Shown here piece after piece: positions 52,313 to 62,261 of a stretch of 64,000 nt of DNA. The notes beneath the pieces were generated by a model. It did no database searches and was not told where the DNA came from. It was given only the letters and a program-made list of their open reading frames with translations. The position numbers and the translations under genes were made by a program. Position 1 is the stretch's first letter; every line of letters begins with the position of its first letter. Where the stretch lies: contig CAISGE010000022.1 in NCBI GenBank assembly GCA_903884815.1, forward strand, positions 19,031 through 83,030, given 5' to 3'. Origin of the DNA: Candidatus Omnitrophota bacterium. GTDB taxonomy: Bacteria > Omnitrophota > Omnitrophia > Omnitrophales > Aquincolibacteriaceae.

Positions 52313-52600
52313 CTACTTACTTGGGCAGGACTTGCAATCCCCCGCGCAAGCCGGCGCTGATTTTGCGGCCGGCTTACCTTGCGACTTGTCTTTACTCGCG
52401 GATTCCTTGTACCCTTTCGAGCGATAATCCGTCTGATAAAAACCGCTCCCCTTGAAAAGCACGCCCGCGCCGCCGGAGATCAAGCGCTGGGCCTGGGCCT
52501 TTCCGCATTCGGGACATTTCTTGATGGCTTTCTCGGTCATCCCCTGGAATTTCTCGAAGCGATGGCCGCAAGCCGCGCATTCATATTCATAAGTCGGCAT
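52313..52600 (-). CDS. FmdB family zinc-ribbon protein
   Basis: MPTYEYEC..C, CPEC, FKGSGFY.TDY. Confidence 0.92.
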   Translation of the reverse strand: MPTYEYECAACGHRFEKFQGMTEKAIKKCPECGKAQAQRLISGGAGVLFKGSGFYQTDYRSKGYKESASKDKSQGKPAAKSAPACAGDCKSCPSK

Positions 52601-52633
52601 TCTGTATCTCCTTTAACGTGACAAGCGGCGCGT

Positions 52634-52661
52634 ATTATAGGGCAAGACCGCAGGCTTTCAA
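52634..52661 (-). promoter_or_regulatory. sigma70 promoter of the FmdB-like gene
   Basis: TTGAAA-16 nt-TATAAT. Confidence 0.55.
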
Positions 52662-52663
52662 TC

Positions 52664-53455
52664 CTAGTTTTCGACGCCCGGATCGTAATGCGTCAGATAG
52701 GCCGAGACCTCGCCGAGCACCGGAACTTTTACTTTCATGACAAGAGGGATACGACGCTCGTCCATACTCATCCAACCCCGGACATTGCCTCGACGGACAA
52801 AAAAACCTTCAAACATCACAATCGGCTCGACCTCGATCGCCTGAAAGATACCGACCCCGTCGGCCTTCCGTTTCTTGACCGAATGCGTGCGCACCTCGAG
52901 ATCCCAGTTCTTTTCATCCGCATTCACCGGGATCAGGATCTTGGAATCGGGTTTCACGTCTTGGAGCCGAAGCCAATAGCAACAAGAGATCTGGTCCTGA
53001 ACATGCGGGGGGATTAACATCTCTTTGTCGCTGTTGTCCTTGATGGAATGGTACCGTCCCACATGCGCGTCCTGGTCGTACGCCATCGACGATTCCCGCT
53101 TAAAATGTCCCTCGCTCGTCTTTTTCTCATAGCGCATGGAATGGAAGTGTTCGGCATCCATATAAGTGTGGTGTGTGTCACGGACCTTGTAAATCCAGTC
53201 AAGTATCGGGCGGGATTGGATCTGAATCTCAATATGGTAAGCGTCACGCCCATTCACCTTGACCCGTTCTTTCACCTCGGAGACAGCATCCCCCACCGTC
53301 ATTCCGAGATAGCGAACCTCGAACGTCAATTTCTCCCCCAAAAAGAGCTTTGCGGTTGGCTTCTCAGAGGCGGGGAATATTTTCTCAGGCGCTCCAGAAA
53401 ATCCGGGAGAAGTCCAAAGGGCCAACGCTAAAAAAAGGAGGGCTGCTTTTTTCAT
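52664..53455 (-). CDS. DUF3108-like exported protein
   Basis: Signal peptide, GEKL.F.V.Y.G..VG, Y.VRD, W.S.D.RRIP. Confidence 0.75.
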   Translation of the reverse strand: MKKAALLFLALALWTSPGFSGAPEKIFPASEKPTAKLFLGEKLTFEVRYLGMTVGDAVSEVKERVKVNGRDAYHIEIQIQSRPILDWIYKVRDTHHTYMDAEHFHSMRYEKKTSEGHFKRESSMAYDQDAHVGRYHSIKDNSDKEMLIPPHVQDQISCCYWLRLQDVKPDSKILIPVNADEKNWDLEVRTHSVKKRKADGVGIFQAIEVEPIVMFEGFFVRRGNVRGWMSMDERRIPLVMKVKVPVLGEVSAYLTHYDPGVEN

Positions 53456-53460
53456 AAGCC

Positions 53461-54210
53461 TCAGTTCCGGATCGAACCATCGATGCCGATGACGATCCTC
53501 TTAACCGGCATTCTCGTTCCCGAAAGTTCCACGGCATCCTGAACCATCCGATAAAGCCCGGAACAACACGGGACTTCCATGATCACGACGGTCAGAGAAT
53601 AGACCGTATTGTTCTTGAGAAGCTCGGCGATCTTTTCGACATACGCTCCCGTTTCATCGAGCTTCGGGCATGCGATCACGAGCTTTTTCCCTTTCAGCAG
53701 ATCTTGATGAAAACTGCCGAGCGAGAAGGCCGTGCAGTCCGCCGCGATCAGAAGATCACATTCCTTGAAGTAAGGCGCGACCGGAGAGATCAGATGAAGC
53801 TGAATCGGCCATTGAGTCAATTCCGATTGCGCGGGACCTGCCGCAGTTTCTTTCCCCTCAGAGGAATCCCGTTTAATTTCGCGTGACATTGATCCGGGGC
53901 AACCTCCGAAGTGCGGTATGACGTCAGAAGCTCCGTGGACTTTTTTTGCGGCCTCAGGGCCCTGGGTTTTCATCACATGCTGGACCGCGGCCTTCGCATC
54001 GTACTCCGCGCTTTCTCTTTCCACGATCTTGAGCGCCCCGACCGGGCAAACATCCAGACAGGCTCCCATCCCGTCGCAAAAGATCTCTTTCACGAGCACG
54101 GCTTTTTTTTCCTTATCGAGGATCAGGGCTCCCTCGGCGCAGGCTGTGGTGCAAAGCCCGCATCCGTTGCATTTTTCGCGATCGATCTCGATGATCTTGC
54201 GCTTCGCCAT
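53461..54210 (-). CDS. 4Fe-4S dicluster protein with Cys-rich C-terminal domain
   Basis: C.GCG.C...C, CDG.GAC..VCP, GGCPGS, WP.QL, IACPKLD, MEVPCC. Confidence 0.9.
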   Translation of the reverse strand: MAKRKIIEIDREKCNGCGLCTTACAEGALILDKEKKAVLVKEIFCDGMGACLDVCPVGALKIVERESAEYDAKAAVQHVMKTQGPEAAKKVHGASDVIPHFGGCPGSMSREIKRDSSEGKETAAGPAQSELTQWPIQLHLISPVAPYFKECDLLIAADCTAFSLGSFHQDLLKGKKLVIACPKLDETGAYVEKIAELLKNNTVYSLTVVIMEVPCCSGLYRMVQDAVELSGTRMPVKRIVIGIDGSIRN

Positions 54211-54222
54211 AAAAACTCCTTT

Positions 54223-55257
54223 TCAGGTGAGAAGTTCCCGTGCGGCCGTAAAAACCGCCTCGAGGGGGATTTCTTGGATGTAAGTGAATTTTCTTTCGGG
54301 GGACGGAATCGCCGAGACATCTTTGTCCACGACACGGCATTTGTCGCCGAGCGGCCGCCATCGCTGGGGTCCTAACCCCGGTTCATATCTGCCGAAAATC
54401 GAAACCACTGGGCATCCCACAGCTGCCCCGATATGCGCCGGCCCGGAATCGTTGGAGACAAGCAGAGCCGATTTCTTAAGAAGCGCCCCCAGCATCCCGA
54501 GCGAGAGCTTCCCGCTCAGATCCAGCACGGGGACCACGGTCTTTTGTTTCAGGCGCTCAATGATCGCCTGGTCCTTCACGGTGCCAATCGCAAGAAAAAT
54601 AGAAGCGCGCTCTTTATCGAGACGCGTCACCAGCTCAGCAAAGCGCTCCGCCGGCCACATCTTGGTGACATCACTCGCCGAGGGACTCACCACAATCCAT
54701 GGTTTATCCGATGAAATTTTTAGTTCAAGAGACAAATTTGCCACCAAGCTTACGGATTTTTCCGTCACGGGGAAATAGGGCTCGAGTTTTTCCGGACGGG
54801 CGATCCCAAGGGGCGCGAGAAGATCAAAGAGATATTCAGCCTCGTGCTCCTCGCCCTCTTTTTTGTTATACGGATGAGCATGCGTCAAAGCCCAGGACGC
54901 GCGCCGGGTGTATCCGATCCTGACCGGAATACCGGCAAGCCAGCCGGCAAGATGCATCCGGTTCGTACCGTGAGCATGGATCACAAGATCGAATTTCCTT
55001 TTCCGGAGCCGCTGGCTGAAGCGGAACTGTCCGAAAAGGCTTCTCTCCGTTCCCTTTTTATCGTACAAAATAACTTCATCAAGGAAGGGGTTCCCTTCGA
55101 CAATCTCACGGTGTTCAAGAAACACAAGCGCGACGATGTGGGCTTTCGGGAACTTTTCGCGCAAAGCCTTAAAAAGGGGCGTCGTCAGCACCAGATCACC
55201 GATGCGATCGGTGCGAGTCACCAGAATGCGCGGGGTTTCAGGAAGAGTGATGGGCAT
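54223..55257 (-). CDS. GT9 heptosyltransferase-like glycosyltransferase
   Basis: DRIGD.VL..P, K.WP.E.F, NDSGP.H. Confidence 0.9.
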   Translation of the reverse strand: MPITLPETPRILVTRTDRIGDLVLTTPLFKALREKFPKAHIVALVFLEHREIVEGNPFLDEVILYDKKGTERSLFGQFRFSQRLRKRKFDLVIHAHGTNRMHLAGWLAGIPVRIGYTRRASWALTHAHPYNKKEGEEHEAEYLFDLLAPLGIARPEKLEPYFPVTEKSVSLVANLSLELKISSDKPWIVVSPSASDVTKMWPAERFAELVTRLDKERASIFLAIGTVKDQAIIERLKQKTVVPVLDLSGKLSLGMLGALLKKSALLVSNDSGPAHIGAAVGCPVVSIFGRYEPGLGPQRWRPLGDKCRVVDKDVSAIPSPERKFTYIQEIPLEAVFTAARELLT

Positions 55258-56206
55258 TAAGAAGCTCCAGGGAGAGTTCGATCACCTTCTCCGGCCCAAG
55301 GCCATGAAAACAACTGCGCTCGGCACGGTGCAATTTGTGAGACTCGCAGGAACATTGCTCGGCATCTCCCCGCGCGATACGAAAACGCGGCCCCTCATGG
55401 CCGTATTTCTCATGATCTGTCGGTCCAAAGATCCCAACCGTCGGCGTCCCCAGCTCAAAACCCAGATGCATGAGGGCGCTGTCGTTGGCGATCACAAGCG
55501 CGGCCTTTGCGACAAGCGAAGCGGTCTCCGGGAAAGTCAGGTCCCCGCAAATCACTCCGGCCACCCCGGAAAGCTCCGCCGCGATCTTTTCCGCCACGGG
55601 CCGCTCTGCGAGCGTTCCCGCCAAAAGGATCTTTTTCCCCGTTCTTTGATGAAGCGTCCGTATCACTTCCGTGAAATATTCCACCGGCCAGCGCTTCCGC
55701 TCGGTCGCCGCTCCCGGCGCCACCAGGACCCAGTCCCTTTTCTCCTGAATATTGGCGGCCTCAAGCGCCCGCATCGCGAAAACCTCGTCCTTTGCATTAA
55801 AAAACCGGAAAATGGAACCTTGAGGGATATCGCCTTCCACGGCAAAAAGCATTTCAAGATGCCGGTCTCGCATGTTGACCTTGGTGAATTTCCTGAACAG
55901 AGGCGACGGCTTTTGGCAGGAGACCAAAAACGGGATCGCGGTATTGCGCAGGTCCACCACACGATCGTATTTCGCACGGCGAAGCTCTGCAATAAATTTC
56001 AGCTTCTCCCGGAGAGGCGCCTTTTTGTCATAAATCACGATCTTATGAATATCGGGGCTGCTCTGCAGGACGCTCCGCGCGCGCGGGCCCACGACCACCG
56101 TGATCCTGGCCTCAGGATATTTCTTTGCAAGCGCCATGATCACCGGCGTTGTCAGGATCACATCGCCGAAATTGCTTAATGTCACTACGAGAATATTATT
56201 TGTCAT
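55238..56206 (-). CDS. GT9 heptosyltransferase-like glycosyltransferase
   Basis: LSN.GDVILT.P, KRWP, NDSA.MH, FGPT. Confidence 0.9.
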   Translation of the reverse strand: MTNNILVVTLSNFGDVILTTPVIMALAKKYPEARITVVVGPRARSVLQSSPDIHKIVIYDKKAPLREKLKFIAELRRAKYDRVVDLRNTAIPFLVSCQKPSPLFRKFTKVNMRDRHLEMLFAVEGDIPQGSIFRFFNAKDEVFAMRALEAANIQEKRDWVLVAPGAATERKRWPVEYFTEVIRTLHQRTGKKILLAGTLAERPVAEKIAAELSGVAGVICGDLTFPETASLVAKAALVIANDSALMHLGFELGTPTVGIFGPTDHEKYGHEGPRFRIARGDAEQCSCESHKLHRAERSCFHGLGPEKVIELSLELLNAHHSS

Positions 56207-56256
56207 GGGTTTCACAGATCGTCAGGCTCTTACGTGAACCATAAATTTTAATTATT

Positions 56257-57000
56257 TTACTTTTTAACCAGGACTTCCAACGCGAGCAGGAGATCGCTGC
56301 TCTCTTTATACGTCACAATCCTATCCGTCTTGAAATGCTTCATCGCTTCCACCGAAAGTGCGTTCTTGCAATAGACGTAAAAAGGAATAGTTGCGAGAGC
56401 GGGTTGTTGGAGAAGCTCTTGCGCGATCTTCCGCGGATCGAGAACTGCCTCGTCCTCCCAAAACTGGCAAAGAACCATTGTGGGGCGCGAGCTTTGAATC
56501 AATTGGACAGCATCCTTCTCATGAAGCGCTATAAGAACATCGAAATGCTGCGACTTCAAAAGAGCCTCGATCTTAGCCACCAGAAAATCTTCCACGCCCC
56601 CAAGAACAACGCGCTTCAACGGGTTCACCCTCTTCTCGCCGCCGCCGACAAGCGCATCCACTCGATCGATGAGGGCCTTAAAGTCGAGCGGCTTACGCAT
56701 AAACTCGACACCGGCCATGTCCGCAAAGAAGTCTTTCATGCTGCCTTTCCCGGAAAAGATAATCGCCGGAATATTCTTCGACTCCGGATTTTGTCGGATC
56801 TTCTGCATGGCCTCATAACCGCTGGTCTGAGGCATCATAACATCCATGATGATTGCTAGAGGTTTTTCGCTGCTCACTTTCGCAATCGCTTCTTCCCCGG
56901 TGGAAGCAGAACTAACGTCATAACCTTCCGAAGTAAATCTTGTGTTAAGGAGCGAGACGATAGATGGGTCATCGTCAACAATGAGTATCTTTTTTGCCAT
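56257..57000 (-). CDS. Response regulator: REC plus degenerate REC-like domain
   Basis: ILIVDDD, MDVMMP, KP; the second domain lacks the canonical acidic residues; lower GC. Confidence 0.85.
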   Translation of the reverse strand: MAKKILIVDDDPSIVSLLNTRFTSEGYDVSSASTGEEAIAKVSSEKPLAIIMDVMMPQTSGYEAMQKIRQNPESKNIPAIIFSGKGSMKDFFADMAGVEFMRKPLDFKALIDRVDALVGGGEKRVNPLKRVVLGGVEDFLVAKIEALLKSQHFDVLIALHEKDAVQLIQSSRPTMVLCQFWEDEAVLDPRKIAQELLQQPALATIPFYVYCKNALSVEAMKHFKTDRIVTYKESSDLLLALEVLVKK

Positions 57001-57120
57001 ATCAAACCCTCCTCTAAAAGCTTCCTTAAAACCCTGTTGCTTTGTGCGCGAAAAGCCTTTTTAAAAACTTACGGACATTGACGAAAAGAATACCGTGATT
57101 CTTAGCGCAAGGGATCTTTT

Positions 57121-58146
57121 TTATTTTCCGATCAACCGCTCCACGGCATCCATCACTTCGTCCGGAGATATTTTGCATAGCCACCCGTCCGCGGGAAGCT
57201 CTTCGCCGAAAAACGGCACGCTATATCCCGTGGGGACATATTGCAACACGAGGCTCTCTCCCGTCCCCCGGGGGCCGGTCAATTTCGGATCGGTGGGCCC
57301 GAAGATCGCGACGACCTTGGCGCCGACACCGGAAGCGATATGCATTGGACCAGAATCACCGGTGACTAGACACGCCGCCTTTTGATAGATTGCGGCCGAA
57401 ACGCGGAGACCTGTCTTGCCGACAAGATCGATTACTTTCGCTTTCTTCACGCCCTTGCTGAATAACTCAAAAAGAGGCCGGTCCTGCGCGGAGCCGGTCA
57501 CCACGACCGGGAGCTTCCACCGCTCCGCGACCTTGTCCGCGAGCGCAGCAAAATGCTCCGGCGGCCATCGCTTCGGCTCCCAGTTCGCGCCAAGATGAAA
57601 ACAAATATATTTTGAGCCGGAGGCAAGTCCATTTTCGCTCAGCGCAGCACGGGCCTTCGCTTCATCCTCCGGCTTGAAATAAAACTGGGACTTCGGCTCC
57701 GCGGGGATCCCGAAGCCGGTACCTTTCATGAACGCCATAAAATAATCAAGCTGATGGAGTTTCCCGGCAGGTTCTGTCACCGGAGTGGTCAGAAAAAGCT
57801 TCCGCCCCTTGCCGTACCCGATCCGCTTTTTCACGTCGGCGAAAAAAAGCATCGCGGCGCGCGAGCGGGACCGGTGAAAAACATAGCCTTCCTCCCAGGG
57901 TCCGAGCCTCCGAAGCTCCCGAATGAATCGCATACGGCTCAACCACGAACGATGACTCCCCTTTTCGTCGAAGGCGAGAAATGCCGAGACCGCGGGATGG
58001 GCCTCCAGGATCTCACGGCATCGCTCCGGCGCAATGCAGGTGATCGCAGCTTCAGGATATTTTTGTTTGATCAGATCCAGCGCGGGCATCTGAAAAAGAA
58101 GATCCCCCAGCCAATTCTTCATCACAACGACAATTTTCACGCCCAA
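57121..58146 (-). CDS. waaF: LPS heptosyltransferase II-like (GT9)
   Basis: NWLGD, KRWP.EHF, DSGPMH.A, IFGPT. Confidence 0.75.
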   Translation of the reverse strand: MGVKIVVVMKNWLGDLLFQMPALDLIKQKYPEAAITCIAPERCREILEAHPAVSAFLAFDEKGSHRSWLSRMRFIRELRRLGPWEEGYVFHRSRSRAAMLFFADVKKRIGYGKGRKLFLTTPVTEPAGKLHQLDYFMAFMKGTGFGIPAEPKSQFYFKPEDEAKARAALSENGLASGSKYICFHLGANWEPKRWPPEHFAALADKVAERWKLPVVVTGSAQDRPLFELFSKGVKKAKVIDLVGKTGLRVSAAIYQKAACLVTGDSGPMHIASGVGAKVVAIFGPTDPKLTGPRGTGESLVLQYVPTGYSVPFFGEELPADGWLCKISPDEVMDAVERLIGK

Positions 58147-58218
58147 GCCCCTATCTTCTTTTTGTAAAAGGTGGCTTGGGCTGTCATGATAACCTGCCTA
58201 TCTTTTTATTGATGAGGA

Positions 58219-60315
58219 TCATGAAGAGAGTGCCCTCTGGCAATGTTCGAAGACTTCCTCCACCGAGATATGCGTGAGACACGCCATCGTTTCCTTGGCC
58301 TTGCAGACGCCGTCGTAGCAGGGTTGACAGGGCAGGTGATGCGAAAGGACATCGATCTTTTTCCCAGGAGGAAGATGCCGCTTGGCATCCGTAGGTCCGA
58401 AAAGCGCCACGATCGGGACATTCATCGCGGCGGCCATGTGAAGCGGTGCTGTATCCCCCGTCACGACCAGATGAAACTGTTTAAAATAAGCGGGCAATTC
58501 CTCAAGCGAGGTCTTGCCGACAAGATCGAGCACTTTACCCGCCTCGAAAGAATAAAAAGGCTTGCTAAGCTCCGCTTCCTCCGGAGAACCGATGAGCACG
58601 ATCCTCGCGTCATATTTCTCGAGAAGTCGTTTCGCGAGCGCCACAAAATGCCCGGGAGGCCAACGCTTGCTCGGCCAATTGGGACTGGATCCCATGACAA
58701 AGCCAATCATCTTCGTAGACTCCCGCGGTTCGAGGATGGCGAGAACTTCCTTGGCTTTTTCAACGCTCCCGGGTTTCGGCCAAAGCTCGAGCGTATCATC
58801 GAACTGGGTGACCCCCGCCTTGGAAAGCACGCGGAACTGATGGCGAAGCGGCGAATCCCCGACCTCGAAGGTTCGGTCAGGCCGATTCAACAAAAATCCC
58901 CATTTCCCGCGGGCGAAACCAAAGCGCTGTACCGCACCGCCCAGGTAGGCCAAAAGATGCGTCCATTTGTTATTGTGAAGATCCACCGACATATCGAATC
59001 CTTCCCGGCGGATGCGACGCGCGGTCTTCAAAAGATAAAGGAAATTCGAAAGTTTTTTGCGGTCCACCAGGATCATGTCATCCAGATAAGGGCACGCGGA
59101 TACGATCGGGGCGATCTTGCGATCCACGAGAAGCGTGATCGAAGCGTCCGGATAGCGCTCCCGGAGCATTCTCAAGGAAGGCACGACCAGGATCAGATCA
59201 CCCATCGCCCCGAGCTTGATCACGAGGATCTTCCGCCGCTTGCGGACTTCCGCATAAACTTCCAGGGTTTTCCGTACCATTTGCTCCAGGTTGAATTTTT
59301 CTTCCACTTTTTTCCGTAGCTTGACGGCAAAGGACTTGGCCTTTTCCCGGTCCGTCAGAAGCTGATACATCGCCTCAGCCATCGCGGGAATATTTCTCGG
59401 CGGAAAAAGCAGGCCGTTCTCATTGTGATCGATAATGTCCGGCACGCCACCCAGCCAGGTCGCGGCCACAGGTGTCCCCACGGCTCCCGCCTCGATGATC
59501 ACACGGCCAAAAGGTTCGGGGATCAGCGAAGAAAGCACCAGCAGATCCGACTGCGCTAAAAGTCCCGCCACATCCCGCGTGGAGGGAAGGATCTTCACAC
59601 ACGACTCGAGCCCAAACTGTTGCACGGTTTTTTTCATCAGATCGGTGTAACGGTGCTTGCCGCGACCTTCAGACCCGACGATCCAGACCTCAAAATGTGG
59701 GAGACGGCTGCGCAGGAGATGCACGGCTTTCAGAAATTCGATCTGGCCCTTGGCCGGAGAAAAGCGGCCGATGTGGATGATCCTCATGGGACCCGGGTGC
59801 TTCTCAAATTTCGCGTAAGAAAACGTGAACTGGGTGAGGTCGACGCCGCGCGGGATCAGGCGAATCCTGTCCGGTGGAACATTGAACTCATCGATCATGC
59901 GCCGGCCGATCGCGTGCGACGCCACGATCACGCGCTTCCCCCACCCCATCACAAAACTCATCGGATGGACCGAATAATGCCCGTGACAGGTCGTAATAAA
60001 AGGGATGCCGGCTTTGCGGGCGGCAAGCCACCCAAGCCACGCCGGAACGCGACTCCGGCCATGAATGATATCCACGCGTTCGCGCTGAATGATCCGGACG
60101 AGCTCTTCGACCAGGAAAAGCCCGGCCAGGGATTTCTGATGCACCGGCAGGCCATAATGCGGGATACCGATCTTCTGAAGCTCGGCAACGAGCGCTCCCC
60201 CGGAGGAAACCACCACCGTCTCGTGGCCTTCCTTTTTCATCGCGCGCGCCAGATCCACCACGCCCCGTTCGGTGCCGCCGAGCTCCAACGCGGGCAAAAG
60301 CTGCATTACTTTCAT
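58219..60315 (-). CDS. GT4-GT9 fusion glycosyltransferase
   Basis: N-half: LPAL..GGTERG, H.RSRVPAW, EPFGR.IIEA; C-half: GA.GD, KRWP, DTAPLH, FGPT. Confidence 0.88.
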   Translation of the reverse strand: MKVMQLLPALELGGTERGVVDLARAMKKEGHETVVVSSGGALVAELQKIGIPHYGLPVHQKSLAGLFLVEELVRIIQRERVDIIHGRSRVPAWLGWLAARKAGIPFITTCHGHYSVHPMSFVMGWGKRVIVASHAIGRRMIDEFNVPPDRIRLIPRGVDLTQFTFSYAKFEKHPGPMRIIHIGRFSPAKGQIEFLKAVHLLRSRLPHFEVWIVGSEGRGKHRYTDLMKKTVQQFGLESCVKILPSTRDVAGLLAQSDLLVLSSLIPEPFGRVIIEAGAVGTPVAATWLGGVPDIIDHNENGLLFPPRNIPAMAEAMYQLLTDREKAKSFAVKLRKKVEEKFNLEQMVRKTLEVYAEVRKRRKILVIKLGAMGDLILVVPSLRMLRERYPDASITLLVDRKIAPIVSACPYLDDMILVDRKKLSNFLYLLKTARRIRREGFDMSVDLHNNKWTHLLAYLGGAVQRFGFARGKWGFLLNRPDRTFEVGDSPLRHQFRVLSKAGVTQFDDTLELWPKPGSVEKAKEVLAILEPRESTKMIGFVMGSSPNWPSKRWPPGHFVALAKRLLEKYDARIVLIGSPEEAELSKPFYSFEAGKVLDLVGKTSLEELPAYFKQFHLVVTGDTAPLHMAAAMNVPIVALFGPTDAKRHLPPGKKIDVLSHHLPCQPCYDGVCKAKETMACLTHISVEEVFEHCQRALSS

Positions 60316-62261
60316 ATCAGGCCTCCGAGGCGCTCGATAAGCGCTTCTTTTTCGCGTCGAAGAACCGGGATCGCGGGCGCCCGCAGAAGTCCCGTGATGT
60401 TCTTTTCAAGATCCGCCAGACAGCTCACGGTCACAAGCCCCCGCTGACTCAGGATCTGATGAAAACGATAATGTTTTTCCGGGAGCTCCCCCTCCCCCAG
60501 GCTCAGCACGATCACGCGCTTGCCCGTTCCCACAGCGTCCGAGATCATCGCAAGGCTATCCTCAGTGACAATTAAAAGTTCAGCAAGGCCCAGCATGCCG
60601 CCCGCCGCGTAAGCGGGGTTCTCTTCATTCGCGATCACCAGCAACCGACAGTGCGGCTCTTCGCTAAGATGACTCTTCAGAAAACGCTCCACCGGCGCGG
60701 AAGTCCGCCTCGAAGTCGTCAGCATAAAATCCCCGGAGTGGCCGCTTACTCGTTTAAGAGTCGAACAAAGTTTTTCCATATCCGAGATCGTCAAGTCATA
60801 GCCACGCGTCGCGCCGCCAAGGAAGACCGCGATCGTGGGCTGCGTGCCTTCGCCGAGCTTTGCCTGAAGAGCCTGGACCTCGGGACCCCGTTCGTGTGTT
60901 TTGTAACCACTCGGCATGATCACGACGCGAAACGTGCGCTTCGGAATCCGGCCGCTGTCATGTGCCGGCACGATCGCCAGATCATAATCCGTCATCGAAT
61001 AAGGGAACGGCGGGTTCATGATCACGATCTTTTTGGCGCCGGTCTCCTGCGCAAGCAACATTTGAACAGGGGCAAGCCCCGAACCCGCAGCGATAATGTA
61101 GTCCGCGTTCGCGCGTCCGATTGCTCGTTGCGTCTCCGCCGTCAAAAAAGGCGCGAGCCAGGAAAGCCTCCCCTGGATCCACGGCTTCATCAGAAAGGCC
61201 AAGCCGAAAAGAGCCGCCCGGTGGAAGGGCGAACGATACTCCACAGAAATCCTCTCGACTTCGAACTTCAACCCGGACCGCCCGTGAAACTCTTTGAAGT
61301 CCGCAAGCATCTCCGCCACACCCTCCGACTGCTTAAAATGCCCGGGCTTGCCGTCGGAGAGGATCACGATCTTCCTATCCCAGCAAAACTTCCAGCGTTT
61401 ATTTTCCCAGAGCCATTGGTTCGGGAATTTCCGGATAAAATTTTCGAGGATCGTGAGATATTGCCGGGCCTGGAACTCCACGCGGGCCTGCGGCTCCAGG
61501 GAAGCATCATCTTTCAGAACTTCCTCCGAATAGACCTCGTGATTGCGGCCGCCGGTCCTCACGATGAAGAACGGCATGATGAACGCGTCGGTGCGGTGAG
61601 CCAGCTCGAAAGCCCCGGTCGGAACCGTCGTCCTCCGTCCGAAGAACGGAAGGATCATCCCTTCGGATTTTCCGGCGGACTGGTCGCCCAAGACCCCGAT
61701 CATTTTTTTCTCCCGAAGCGCGCGGATGAGACCGCGAATACCCGCTCCCCGGGGAATGCAAACGGATCCGTGGCTTTCGCGAAGCTCGTTGATGAGTCCG
61801 TTGACCCTGGGGAATTTCTGCTCCCGCGTTAGCACGTAGATGGGCGTCCCGCGAAGCCCGGACCAAACCTGCAGAAGCTCCCAGTTCCCAAAATGGGCCG
61901 TGATCAAGACCCCGCCGTGTCCCGAACGGAGCAAGGCTTCGTAGCGTTCAATGCCGTGGATCTTGACGTCCCGATCATGATCCTTGCGTTCCATCTGCCT
62001 GAAGGACAGGACTTCCACGACAGTCTGCCCCATGAAACCGAAATGATCGCGCACGGCTTTCCACCTCTCCCCGGGAGTCAGCTGTTCTCCCAAAGCGGCC
62101 TTCAGATTGATATAGGCCACATGGCGCTTGTTGGAGACATAGAACACCCCACGCCCCAGGATATCGCCGATCTTGAGACTGATCGCGAGCGGGATATGCT
62201 CAAATATAAAAATGAGACAGCGGGCCCCGAGATAGGCGGCCCGGTCGAGCCATTCTTCCAT
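60312..62261 (-). CDS. Lipid A acyltransferase fused to an ELM1/GtrOC1-like putative glycosyltransferase domain
   Basis: AHFGNWE...QWLW..KRWK, then LSDGKPGH..QS, P.HD, TTSRRT, VTEDS..M.SDA. Confidence 0.85.
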   Translation of the reverse strand: MEEWLDRAAYLGARCLIFIFEHIPLAISLKIGDILGRGVFYVSNKRHVAYINLKAALGEQLTPGERWKAVRDHFGFMGQTVVEVLSFRQMERKDHDRDVKIHGIERYEALLRSGHGGVLITAHFGNWELLQVWSGLRGTPIYVLTREQKFPRVNGLINELRESHGSVCIPRGAGIRGLIRALREKKMIGVLGDQSAGKSEGMILPFFGRRTTVPTGAFELAHRTDAFIMPFFIVRTGGRNHEVYSEEVLKDDASLEPQARVEFQARQYLTILENFIRKFPNQWLWENKRWKFCWDRKIVILSDGKPGHFKQSEGVAEMLADFKEFHGRSGLKFEVERISVEYRSPFHRAALFGLAFLMKPWIQGRLSWLAPFLTAETQRAIGRANADYIIAAGSGLAPVQMLLAQETGAKKIVIMNPPFPYSMTDYDLAIVPAHDSGRIPKRTFRVVIMPSGYKTHERGPEVQALQAKLGEGTQPTIAVFLGGATRGYDLTISDMEKLCSTLKRVSGHSGDFMLTTSRRTSAPVERFLKSHLSEEPHCRLLVIANEENPAYAAGGMLGLAELLIVTEDSLAMISDAVGTGKRVIVLSLGEGELPEKHYRFHQILSQRGLVTVSCLADLEKNITGLLRAPAIPVLRREKEALIERLGGLI

